Virus record (IMG/VR): IMGVR_UViG_3300021400_003144
Reading direction: 5' to 3' (one strand)
From: a virus
Lineage: Duplodnaviria > Caudoviricetes
DNA: 64,000 nt
Positions 9,924 through 19,346 of this stretch are shown in pieces (positions within the stretch are counted from its first letter, which is position 1; every line of letters begins with the position of its first letter). The position numbers and the translations under genes are program-made. The notes below the pieces were generated by a model, which saw nothing but the letters and a program-made list of their open reading frames with translations, did no database searches and was not told the DNA's origin.

Positions 9924-10721
9924 ATGATTACGGAAGTAAGAAACAGGGAATTTAGTAATGGAAAGGTTTATATGCTTAGAACTGAAGATGGGTTTCCATT
10001 GGAAACAACAGATACATTTCTTCCATACTATACTAAGGATTGTATAAATGAACATACAAATGAATTAAAGAGTGATGTACTTGGAACGAGGAAAGACAGA
10101 TGGATGATTGGAGTAAGCTGTATGTCAGGTTGTCCAGTTCATTGTAAGTTCTGTAGTACTGGTAAGTTAAAGAAGTGGAGAAACTTGACAGCTGATGAAA
10201 TTTTTGAGCAAGTAAAATTTATTTTAGATAAAAATAAAGATTACAAGCCTGAAGATGCTAAAGAATTTAAAATTAACTATACACGCATGGGTGAGCCTTT
10301 TCTTAACATTGAAAATGTTAAGAAAGCTATGAAGTTAGTTGATGAGTATGTAGGAGATGGAGTAAGAGTTCATCACTATATAAGTACAGTAGGCATTAAG
10401 GGAAGTGATTTCTCATGGATTAAGGATAACATAACATTACAGCTGAGTTTACATAGTCTTGATGAAGATAGAAGGCATGATTTAATTCCAATAAGTAATT
10501 TAATGAGCATTGAGGAATTGGGTCAGGTCAGAACAGAAAGTAATTTAAAGACTACATTAAATATGACTCTTGTAGATACAGCTGATTTTGATATTAATAA
10601 GCTTACTAAGTATTTTGATAAGGATTATTTCTTTATTAAGCTTAGTCCTATAAATGAGAATGATATAAGCAAAGAAAATAATATGGGTGCTGGAATTATA
10701 AAAGGACAGAATATAATCTAG
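9924..10721 (+). CDS. RlmN/Cfr-like radical SAM protein, N-terminal/core part lacking the AACGQL end
   Basis: GVSCMSGCPVHCKFC, RNLTADEI, RMGEPFLN, ISTVG, LQLSLHS are RlmN-family motifs; ends before the C-terminal Cys motif. Confidence 0.85.
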   Translation: MITEVRNREFSNGKVYMLRTEDGFPLETTDTFLPYYTKDCINEHTNELKSDVLGTRKDRWMIGVSCMSGCPVHCKFCSTGKLKKWRNLTADEIFEQVKFILDKNKDYKPEDAKEFKINYTRMGEPFLNIENVKKAMKLVDEYVGDGVRVHHYISTVGIKGSDFSWIKDNITLQLSLHSLDEDRRHDLIPISNLMSIEELGQVRTESNLKTTLNMTLVDTADFDINKLTKYFDKDYFFIKLSPINENDISKENNMGAGIIKGQNII

Positions 10722-10744
10722 CATAAAAGGCATAGGAGGTTGCA

Positions 10745-11575
10745 ATGGACAGTAAGTATAATCTAAACGCATTATCTTTTCTTATCGGAAGTTTAAGGGA
10801 TGTGGTTAATAACTTTGGGGCTAATGATAAGTCAGCAGCGTTTTATAGGTCACAGGTTAATAATTTAGTTAATCTTGGACAGTTAAATGAAGTGGATGCT
10901 AATTTGGTTGAGGAACTTGTAGATTTAGACCATCTAAATCATTGGAATAGCAATCAAGTTATGTTAGATAAGTTTACATATTGTATTAACATAGTTCTAT
11001 CAAACGCTTGCCTTAATGGTGATATTATTAAGGCTGACGCTGATAGAATTTTATCATATATAAATAATACTGAAGATACTCAATATATGAGAAAATCAGT
11101 TAAATTAGCACGTAAGGTTCTTGGAGTACCTGAGAATAAAACAGAGAGTAAACCTAACTGGAAATGTAGCACTCAATTTGGTACAAATAAGTTCAGCCAG
11201 AAGGCTATGCAGAATAATAAACCTGTGGCTAAGTCTGTAGATAAGTCTGTAGATAATAAAACTTATAATTTATCAGAAATTAAAAGTGACTTATCTAAAA
11301 GTATAATTAAAGCTGTTAGACCTGGTATGGTATTGGACATAAAGAACATAAATGCAGTATGTAGCAGTGATACTCCATTTTTTAGATACAAATTGCAGGA
11401 TGTAATAAGGGATGAAAAAACAATACTAGAGATAATAACAAAGTTTAAGAATGGATATCCTGTTATGATAGGTGAACTTATAGATGATGGGTGTCATATA
11501 ATAGGTTGTAATAGAAATGAGGAGTATAGCAATATACTTATTGCAAAATTGAATGAGTATGCAAAGTTGATATGA
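10745..11575 (+). CDS. hypothetical protein
   Basis: AGGAGG RBS; ATGA overlap with the next gene. Confidence 0.8.
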   Translation: MDSKYNLNALSFLIGSLRDVVNNFGANDKSAAFYRSQVNNLVNLGQLNEVDANLVEELVDLDHLNHWNSNQVMLDKFTYCINIVLSNACLNGDIIKADADRILSYINNTEDTQYMRKSVKLARKVLGVPENKTESKPNWKCSTQFGTNKFSQKAMQNNKPVAKSVDKSVDNKTYNLSEIKSDLSKSIIKAVRPGMVLDIKNINAVCSSDTPFFRYKLQDVIRDEKTILEIITKFKNGYPVMIGELIDDGCHIIGCNRNEEYSNILIAKLNEYAKLI

Positions 11576-12429
11576 TACATATAAAAGATATTAGGGTTCA
11601 GACTAAAACATGTCTTAAAAATGGAAAGACTCAACATGATTTAGGTAAGGTTTTACAATTATATGTAGTAACCACTAGAAAGTGTAATGCGAGCTGTGAG
11701 TTTTGTGAGTTTAAGGGTGAAGTTGAGAAAGTAAATCTTGTTAAGTTTAAAGAGACTTTTGAGAAATTAAGTAAATACTTTTATATAAGTGCAGTACATT
11801 TTACTGGTGGTGAACCTTCACTTGAAATTGATACAATAAGAGATATTTGTGATTACATTAAAGAAAAAGATGTATTCATATTTACAAGTGCCAATACAAA
11901 TGGTATTAAGTTGAATGAGCTTAAGGAGATTAAGAATCTTGATAATGTAGCTCTTAGTAGACATGGGTTAAGTCAGAAAGAAAATGAGAATATATTTAAA
12001 ACAAGTAGTATAGCAAATGAGGATGACATAAAGAACTTTCCTAAAAACAAGTTACATCTAAGTTGTAACATGATAAAAGGTTATGTGGACAGTGAAGAAA
12101 AGATATATGACTACTTGGATAAGTATTCTGACTTAGGTGTTTATGATGTAGGTTTTGTAAATCTGATGAAAATAAATGAGTACTGTAAAGAAAAATTTGC
12201 AGAGTTTCCAAAAGAGCTTAGTAAATGTACTCAGACAAAGAGGTTTCAGAATATACAAGATGATATAGAAACTTGCCAGTGTAGAAACTGGTTATATAGT
12301 AATAAGAATTGTAACTTTGTATCCATATATAACAGGCATGTAGTTGGTAAGTCTGACTTAGTTGGAGCATTAATCTATGAAAATAACAAGTTATATGCTG
12401 GTTGGGGTGGAGAAGAGATACAAATATAA
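11572..12429 (+). CDS. radical SAM protein
   Basis: CNASCEFC, FTGGEP, NTNG; C-terminal CQC. Confidence 0.9.
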   Translation: MIHIKDIRVQTKTCLKNGKTQHDLGKVLQLYVVTTRKCNASCEFCEFKGEVEKVNLVKFKETFEKLSKYFYISAVHFTGGEPSLEIDTIRDICDYIKEKDVFIFTSANTNGIKLNELKEIKNLDNVALSRHGLSQKENENIFKTSSIANEDDIKNFPKNKLHLSCNMIKGYVDSEEKIYDYLDKYSDLGVYDVGFVNLMKINEYCKEKFAEFPKELSKCTQTKRFQNIQDDIETCQCRNWLYSNKNCNFVSIYNRHVVGKSDLVGALIYENNKLYAGWGGEEIQI

Positions 12430-12461
12430 AAATTAAATAAATTAAAGAAGGAGAAATTAAC

Positions 12462-12590
12462 ATGGATAAGATTATTGAAGCACTTAAAGATGCAGGGTAT
12501 GACTATGGTGTTGCTATTGCTACTCAGGCGGAGATTAAAGCTGGAGCAGCTTGTGGTCAATTAAGTTTAATTGTTGAGAACGAAAAGTAA
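12462..12590 (+). CDS. 42-aa peptide equivalent to the RlmN C-terminal segment (MDKIIEALKDAGYDYGVAIATQAEIKAGAACGQLSLIVENEK)
   Basis: Own AAGGAG RBS; contains AACGQL; below the ORF-track length cutoff, translated by hand. Confidence 0.85.
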   Translation: MDKIIEALKDAGYDYGVAIATQAEIKAGAACGQLSLIVENEK

Positions 12591-12681
12591 GAAGTAAGTA
12601 AAGGCAGTTAGTTAAAGAGTAATTATGCAGCTGCATTTGTATATAAATTTGGATAGGATTAGGATAGACTGGAGATTTTAG

Positions 12682-14964
12682 ATGAAACGTGTGGATTTAA
12701 CTGGAAAGACATTTGGAGAATTACTTGTACTTAGATATCTAGGGGATAAAACATATGTATGCAGATGTAGCTGCGGAAAAGAGATTGAGGTAGCAACATA
12801 TAGTCTGACAAGCGGAAAGAAAACTTCATGCGGACATGATAGAGTTAAAACTAATCTCAAGGGTAAAATGATTGGCAACTGGAAAGTTCTTGAGTACAAT
12901 AATGATGGAAGATGGTTGTGTGAGTGTCAGTGTGATAAGCATACAAGAAGATTGCTATATACTAACACACTTACAACTGGGAAGAGTCTGAGCTGTGGTT
13001 GTCAAGTAAAGCATACAGAGTTATTAAAAGATAAACCAGGTGATGTATATGGTGAATGGACATTATTAGAGCCATTACATAATGGAAAGTGGCTATGCAG
13101 ATGCAGTTGTGGAACTGTAAAAGAGGTAAATACAAATCAACTTCATAGTGGACAGAGTAAGAGCTGTGGGCATAGCAGATATGAAGCTAGAGTAGACTAC
13201 AAGGGTAAAAACATAGGTGACTATGGGGTTCTAGAATATATAGGTAATAGGATTTGGAAGTGCAAGTGTTTAAAATGTGGAGAGATTAAAGAAATAAGCC
13301 AAGCAAACTTAAAGGCTGAGGTTGGAACCAGATGTTCTAAAATAACATACAGAGAGAATCTTGTAGGAAAAATGTTTGGAAGATGGCAAGTTCTAGCATA
13401 CAGCGGAGATGGAAAGTGGATTTGTGAGTGCAGTTGTAAAAATCATACAAGAAGAGAGATTGAGACACATGTACTAAAATCTGGAAACAGTAAGAGTTGC
13501 GGATGTTTAATACATGATTTTGCTAGAGAGACACAGCTAAAAGACTTAACAGGTCAGATATTTGGAAACTGGAAAGCTATTGAGTATGCTGGAGACAGAA
13601 AATGGAGATGTGAGAATATTAAAAGTCATGAAATTAGAAACATACAAGGTTATAGCTTAACAAATGGATTAAATAAAGGAACAGCTAACAGGTATTCAGA
13701 CAATATAAATATAGGTGATAAATTTGGTAGATGGACAGTTATAGGTAAAGCTGGAGCAGAGCAATCTTATAAAATAATATGTCAGTGTAGCTGTGATAAA
13801 AAGACAATAAGGCTTATAAATGGTGCTTTCTTAATAAATGGATTGACTAAGAGTTGCGGATGTTTACAGGGTGAGCTTAGAAAGCAAGTACTGATTCAGA
13901 AGTATGGTGAAGTAGCTACTAATAAGGTGAATAAGCCTAGAGAAAAATGGCAGATAGAAGCTTTAAATAGCAAATATAACTTAGAGAACTATATTAATGC
14001 TATTGAAGATAAGACAGTAGTAAATATAGCAAATGGATTGGGTATAACTAGAGCTATCGCTCTTAGATATATACATAAGTATGGATTGGAATCTATTATA
14101 GAGTTCAATACTATGTCATCCTCTTATGAAAAGGAAATTGTAGAATTTATAAGAGGACTTGGAATTACAAATATAGTAACAAATGATAGAACTTTGATTA
14201 ATCCTTATGAAATTGATATATACTTACCGGATTTAAGAATTGGAATTGAGTTTAATGGTACATATTGGCATAGTAATATTTTTAAAAATAAGAAGTATCA
14301 TCAAGCTAAGTCAATATATGCATATCGTAAAACAGTAAAATTAATTCATATATTTGAATATGAATGGAGAACAAACAAGGAAGAAATTAAGGAGTACCTT
14401 AAAACTAAAATATGTGGACCAACTCAGTCAGTCTCTGCACGTAATACATATATTAAGCATGTAGATAGAGATGAAGCTATTGATTTTTTAGAGGAAAATC
14501 ATTTGCAGGGTTATGCTGAGTCATCAATCAATTTAGGTTGTTATTATAATAATGAGTTAATTGGTATAATGACTTTTGGAAAGCCTAGATTCAATAATGA
14601 ATATGAGTATGAAATTATAAGGTCTGCTTGGAAGAAAGGATATGCTGTAACAGGTGGTATAGAGAAATTATTTAAGCATTTTATAACAGAGTATACACCA
14701 AATAATGTAATGAGCTATTGTAATATAGCTAAGTTTGATGGTGGAAGCTATGGTAGATTAGGATTTAAGCTTGTAAGTATAACTGAACCAAACTATGTAT
14801 GGGTTAAAGACAATACTGTACTTTCAAGATACAAGACAACAAAGAAAGACCTATTAGATGCTGGTATTGGTACAGAGGAAGATACTGAAGATAGCATTAT
14901 GGAGAATTTAGGATACCTTAAGGTTTATGATTGTGGCAATTATAAGTTTGTTTGGAATAAATAA
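12682..14964 (+). CDS. free-standing homing-type endonuclease: 7 Cys-rich Zn-binding repeats, PD-(D/E)XK/Vsr-like nuclease and C-terminal Hef-like domain
   Basis: 7 repeats of G-x-x-FG-x-W-x-V...CxCxCG...SCG; YEIDIYLPDLRIGIEFNGTYWHS; FLEENHLQG...YDCGN. Confidence 0.75.
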   Translation: MKRVDLTGKTFGELLVLRYLGDKTYVCRCSCGKEIEVATYSLTSGKKTSCGHDRVKTNLKGKMIGNWKVLEYNNDGRWLCECQCDKHTRRLLYTNTLTTGKSLSCGCQVKHTELLKDKPGDVYGEWTLLEPLHNGKWLCRCSCGTVKEVNTNQLHSGQSKSCGHSRYEARVDYKGKNIGDYGVLEYIGNRIWKCKCLKCGEIKEISQANLKAEVGTRCSKITYRENLVGKMFGRWQVLAYSGDGKWICECSCKNHTRREIETHVLKSGNSKSCGCLIHDFARETQLKDLTGQIFGNWKAIEYAGDRKWRCENIKSHEIRNIQGYSLTNGLNKGTANRYSDNINIGDKFGRWTVIGKAGAEQSYKIICQCSCDKKTIRLINGAFLINGLTKSCGCLQGELRKQVLIQKYGEVATNKVNKPREKWQIEALNSKYNLENYINAIEDKTVVNIANGLGITRAIALRYIHKYGLESIIEFNTMSSSYEKEIVEFIRGLGITNIVTNDRTLINPYEIDIYLPDLRIGIEFNGTYWHSNIFKNKKYHQAKSIYAYRKTVKLIHIFEYEWRTNKEEIKEYLKTKICGPTQSVSARNTYIKHVDRDEAIDFLEENHLQGYAESSINLGCYYNNELIGIMTFGKPRFNNEYEYEIIRSAWKKGYAVTGGIEKLFKHFITEYTPNNVMSYCNIAKFDGGSYGRLGFKLVSITEPNYVWVKDNTVLSRYKTTKKDLLDAGIGTEEDTEDSIMENLGYLKVYDCGNYKFVWNK

Positions 14965-14967
14965 GTA

Positions 14968-15021
14968 ATTTGGAAATTTGGGAATTTGGGAATTTGAGAA
15001 TTTTGGATAAGCATTTGGGAT
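14968..15021 (+). repeat. short tandem GGAATTTG-like repeats upstream of the polymerase gene
   Basis: ATTTGGAAATTTGGGAATTTGGGAATTTGAGAATTTTGGA. Confidence 0.6.
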
Positions 15022-15083
15022 TGATTTTAGCTAGTTAATAGTTAAAATATATAATAATTTTAGTTAGGAGATTGTAATTTATT

Positions 15084-18000
15084 ATGATTACCAGTGGTGT
15101 ATATAAATTATCAGATGGAACTGAGTATGGAGCAGTAGTAGATTTTACTAAAACAAGTACAGATGTTATTTTGTTTCAAAATAATCAGGTTGTATCAGCA
15201 TATAAGAAGAATCCGGATTTTGAGGGGGCATTTAATAATAAGCTAGGTGAGAATGTAGCTAAGATTATAAAGATAGGTATTAGTGGATGTAACTCTAAGA
15301 ATGGAATACCTGCACCATTCATACTTGGTGCTTGTTCTAAGCATACTTTTAAGAAAAGTAATATAAACTTTGAAATAAGCAGGTTCAATGACGGAATTTG
15401 CGGTGCATTTATAACATCAGATATGTACATGATTGATTTACAGTTCTGTGACCAGAATTGGAAAGCACCTGAAATTAATTATGTTGAATATACAAAAAAG
15501 GAATCAGATATTAAAGTAAGTGATAGTACAGAAGAAGATATTCCTGTACGTTCTCTTGAGGAAATTGCTCTTACTAAGGATATAACATGGCTTAAGAATA
15601 AAAATTATTACATTGTTAATGATGAAGCTACAGCAGAGAAGCTATTTCAATTCCTTGAGAATTATAATGATATAATCTCTTTCGATACTGAGACAACTGG
15701 TCTGAGAATTAATATGTTCTGTCAGATTGGAAGTGATAAGAAGAAGGAGCTTGATGAATTAAATTCAAAGGCTAAGAGTAAGGATGATATAATCAGAACA
15801 GATAAGCTTGTTGGATTTATATATTCTGTACAGGAAAATGTTGGTTACTATTTTCCTGTAGGAAATAGAAAGTTTAAGAACTTATATACTGATGTAAATG
15901 AGCCTATTACAAGAAAAACAATCAATAATATTCTGGCTAGCTATACTATAGGTGAGTATAGAGACAGACATGATTGTATGGCTGAGTTTATAAGAAATAC
16001 GTCTCCAGAACAGTGGGGTCCAGATGTAATTCTTATGGAGCGTAATAGAAAGATACTTGAAACTAAGTATCTGCTTGCTCATAATGGTACATTCGAGTGG
16101 AAAGTTTGTTGGTGCTATAATATTGATTTTAACCTTAAGGAAGATACAATGATTATGCATCAGCTCATGTATAAGTTCCGTTCAACCACTAGAAATAGTG
16201 GAGAGCCTTCTAACTTGAAGTATTTGTCTAAGACTGAGCTTGGTGTTGACCAGCTTGAACTTAGCGATTTCTTTAGTGGTTTCAGTGAGGATGATAGTGG
16301 TAAGACAAAGCAATCATCTAAGAGCAAGAAGAACTTAAGAATAGACTTCTCATACATGGATTATGATGGTTCAAGAGCATATGCTCCAGCTGATGGAGAT
16401 TTAACACTATGTTTATGTCATAAGTATAAGAAGGATATGCTTGCTAATCATAAGGAACTTGAGTATTTGTATCATGTAGAAATACTTGTAAGCTGTGCTA
16501 TAGCTTACATGGAGTTCTATGGGCATAGAATAGATCCTGAGAAGATTGATAATATCAGAAAGGATTATATTTCTGATAAGATTGAAACAGAACATGCATT
16601 TAGAGTATCAATTAATTACAATACTCCTGATGAAGATGTTGTGTTTGAGGAAATAAATAAGATTAAGGCTGATATAGCTGACCTTACAAGCCATATAGAT
16701 GAGCTTAAGAAAACTAACTTAGATGAAGATAAAGAATTACTGGAGCAGCTAAAAGAAGCTAGAAGAGCACAGTATAAGAATAAAGAGGAACTTCAGGTTA
16801 AAGCTAGTGCTATAATGGAAAATAGTGCTAACAGTATTAATCTTGGTTCACCTTCACAGCTTGCTGAATTGTTCTATGGAACTCTTCAGATACCTTGTCC
16901 TAGTGACAAATGGACAATATCTAAAAAGATTATTGGACAGGTAGCTAAAATGAAGAATACAGATGGTACATTGAAGTATCCATGCGTAGCAATATATCAG
17001 AAGTGGAAGAATCTAGATACATACCTTACTAAGTTCTTTGATAACTTACCAGATTTCATGTATCCAGGTGGGTTTATATTTAGTCATTTTGGACAGATTA
17101 GTACAGCAACAGGTAGAATGAGCTGTAATAAGCCTAATGCTCAGCAGTACCCAAAGGCTGTAACAGCTATTGTAAAGCCAAGACCTGGGTTTGTAATGGT
17201 AGATGCAGACTTCTCTCAGATTGAGTATAGAACACTAGTAGCATTGGCTGGTGAGGAGGCACTTAAGAAGAAGTTTGAAGATCCTGATATGGACTATCAT
17301 ACAACCATGGCATCACTAATGTATGGGGTACCTTATGCCTCAGTAACAGCTAAACAAAGAGGAGACGCGAAGTCGTTCAATTTTGGTATACCTTATGGCA
17401 TGGGATTTGGAAGTCTAGCCATTTTACTTACTGGTGTGAACACTGAAGCAACAAGAGCTGAGGCTATGGAAAAGTATGAACTTTACTTTAAGGACCAGCC
17501 TCATGTAAGACAGTACTTTAGAGATGTAAAAGAGTCAGCTAGTATTAAGGGATACACTGAGACACATTGGGGTAGACGTAGATACTATAGCTTTGTAGAT
17601 AAAGATGGTAACTATAGTAATGCTAAAAAGGCTCAGGCTTTAAGACAAGCAGGCAATGCGATTATCCAGGGGACAGCGGCTGATATCTTTAAGATCGCTG
17701 TTGCTCGTAACTTTGCATTTATAAGAGCAAATAAGCTTTTTGGAAAAATGTTGATTGTAAACATGGTTCATGATGAGCAGTTGCTTGAAGTTGATGCTAC
17801 TAAGTTAAATGTTCAGAGCATAGTTAGTGCTCTAGTACAGAACATGGAACTTAAGATTGATGGTTTCCCTCCTCTATATGTAGGTGCTGGTGTAGGTTTA
17901 TCATGGAAAGATGCTAAGGGTAAGATGAACGAAATCAATCCTAAACTTGCACATCAGCTTGTAGCAGAGTCAGAGGGCAAGCCAATTTTTGTAGATAAGC

Positions 18001-18749
18001 CTAAGACTCAGCAAGAGGTACTTGATTACTTCAACAAAAGAGTTTATGAGTTCCGTAGAGATAAGATAATTGAGTACGTTAAGGATGAAAAGAATTATCA
18101 TCAGACATTACATCCTGTCATTGGTAATTTGTTATCATTGCAGTTTGATTATGGTGTGAACGCTGAGTTTGATGCTAAGTACACTGAGGATAATGGATAT
18201 ACTAAAGACGAGATAGCTAATGCAAAGAAGTTAATACCTATTGAGCAGTTAAAGAGATTTTTAGCAGATATGGGTATAACTGATATAGATGCAGAGTTGT
18301 TTATGTCTGAGGATGATTTAAAGAATGAGCAGTCAGTATATGAAGATGATTCTGATGAAGATGAAGAGTATACTGATGGTGATGATGAAGATGCAACTGA
18401 TGAAGATATGGAAAACATTGGTGGAGAAAGGTTTGAATACTTTGATGAAAAGGCTTCACTATACGGTATTGATTTAAATGATATAATCAGTGAGTTCGGA
18501 GTTGTAGTTTCTAAGGAACTTAAAGTGTGCGGTATTGATGCTACTAAGGTTAGAGTAGTAAACAGAGAAAAGATGGCATCATATTTGAATGACCATATAT
18601 CTAATGACCCAGATGCTGATAAGAATCCTAACTGTTATGAATTGGTATTTTTGATGAACAATAATATTCTTAAAAGAACAGGTGGATATTTACAAGATGT
18701 AAATGTAAAAGAATTGTCAAAAGCATGTGGCATAGCTAGTATATATTGA
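15084..18749 (+). CDS. polA: family A DNA polymerase with 3'-5' exonuclease, N-terminal extension and acidic C-terminal extension
   Basis: ExoI FDTETTGL, ExoII AHNGTFE, ExoIII YAPAD; TATGRMS, motif A DADFSQIEYR, motif B KSFNFGIPYG, NAIIQGTAAD, motif C VHDE. Confidence 0.95.
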   Translation: MITSGVYKLSDGTEYGAVVDFTKTSTDVILFQNNQVVSAYKKNPDFEGAFNNKLGENVAKIIKIGISGCNSKNGIPAPFILGACSKHTFKKSNINFEISRFNDGICGAFITSDMYMIDLQFCDQNWKAPEINYVEYTKKESDIKVSDSTEEDIPVRSLEEIALTKDITWLKNKNYYIVNDEATAEKLFQFLENYNDIISFDTETTGLRINMFCQIGSDKKKELDELNSKAKSKDDIIRTDKLVGFIYSVQENVGYYFPVGNRKFKNLYTDVNEPITRKTINNILASYTIGEYRDRHDCMAEFIRNTSPEQWGPDVILMERNRKILETKYLLAHNGTFEWKVCWCYNIDFNLKEDTMIMHQLMYKFRSTTRNSGEPSNLKYLSKTELGVDQLELSDFFSGFSEDDSGKTKQSSKSKKNLRIDFSYMDYDGSRAYAPADGDLTLCLCHKYKKDMLANHKELEYLYHVEILVSCAIAYMEFYGHRIDPEKIDNIRKDYISDKIETEHAFRVSINYNTPDEDVVFEEINKIKADIADLTSHIDELKKTNLDEDKELLEQLKEARRAQYKNKEELQVKASAIMENSANSINLGSPSQLAELFYGTLQIPCPSDKWTISKKIIGQVAKMKNTDGTLKYPCVAIYQKWKNLDTYLTKFFDNLPDFMYPGGFIFSHFGQISTATGRMSCNKPNAQQYPKAVTAIVKPRPGFVMVDADFSQIEYRTLVALAGEEALKKKFEDPDMDYHTTMASLMYGVPYASVTAKQRGDAKSFNFGIPYGMGFGSLAILLTGVNTEATRAEAMEKYELYFKDQPHVRQYFRDVKESASIKGYTETHWGRRRYYSFVDKDGNYSNAKKAQALRQAGNAIIQGTAADIFKIAVARNFAFIRANKLFGKMLIVNMVHDEQLLEVDATKLNVQSIVSALVQNMELKIDGFPPLYVGAGVGLSWKDAKGKMNEINPKLAHQLVAESEGKPIFVDKPKTQQEVLDYFNKRVYEFRRDKIIEYVKDEKNYHQTLHPVIGNLLSLQFDYGVNAEFDAKYTEDNGYTKDEIANAKKLIPIEQLKRFLADMGITDIDAELFMSEDDLKNEQSVYEDDSDEDEEYTDGDDEDATDEDMENIGGERFEYFDEKASLYGIDLNDIISEFGVVVSKELKVCGIDATKVRVVNREKMASYLNDHISNDPDADKNPNCYELVFLMNNNILKRTGGYLQDVNVKELSKACGIASIY

Positions 18750-18755
18750 TTAAAC

Positions 18756-18794
18756 ATATGAGATACATAAGATAATAATTATGTATCTCATATA
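18756..18794 (+). terminator. long hairpin after polA (terminator or processing site)
   Basis: ATATGAGATACATAA / TTATGTATCTCATAT inverted repeat; weak T-tract. Confidence 0.5.
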
Positions 18795-18818
18795 CTAAAT
18801 TTAAGGAGATTAGAGTTT

Positions 18819-19325
18819 ATGGCTAATTCAGATGAATATTTTAAGTCAAGTCAAGATACAGTAATAATTCCTAATAGTGAGTTTGCTGAAGATAATAAGA
18901 TTCAATATGGTGACCTAGTATCTGATGTAGATATTGAACATGAAGTTCATAAAGAAACAGTAACCAATGTTATTATAAAAGAGACAGATAGTATAACATA
19001 TCCGATGGTTTGTATAAGAGCAGACAAGGTTGGTACAATACAGCCATTTGCATTAGATGGACTTAGAGCTTTGATTAAGAGTTGCTATTATACTATTGAG
19101 GATAAGGAAAATGGTATAGAGGATGATAGTATAAATATATACATCTATACAAAAACTAAGATTCTTCAGTGTGGTAAAGCATCATATAATAAAATTTATA
19201 AGTATCTTGATAATTATATTAAAGATGCAATGAGTGAAAAGATGAAAGTTTATAGATTTGAGTCTGAAACTGAGAAGCAGAGAATAGATAAAATGGATGC
19301 AGCAAGGATTAAATTAGACATATAA
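18819..19325 (+). CDS. hypothetical protein
   Basis: AAGGAG RBS. Confidence 0.75.
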   Translation: MANSDEYFKSSQDTVIIPNSEFAEDNKIQYGDLVSDVDIEHEVHKETVTNVIIKETDSITYPMVCIRADKVGTIQPFALDGLRALIKSCYYTIEDKENGIEDDSINIYIYTKTKILQCGKASYNKIYKYLDNYIKDAMSEKMKVYRFESETEKQRIDKMDAARIKLDI

Positions 19326-19346
19326 GCTGAAGGAGTGGATAGTTAA

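Noticed and set aside
10719-10770. TAG read-through or recoding to complete the RlmN-like gene
   Set aside because: The frame after the TAG hits TAA within 15 codons with no RlmN-like sequence, and other genes end normally at TAG.
11231-11256. 12-bp tandem duplication AAGTCTGTAGAT
   Set aside because: In-frame KSVD duplication in a linker; unremarkable.
10722-12461. Self-splicing intron or mobile element separating the two RlmN parts
   Set aside because: The interval is almost entirely coding, with no room for a ribozyme core, no transposase and no terminal repeats; the downstream part has its own RBS.
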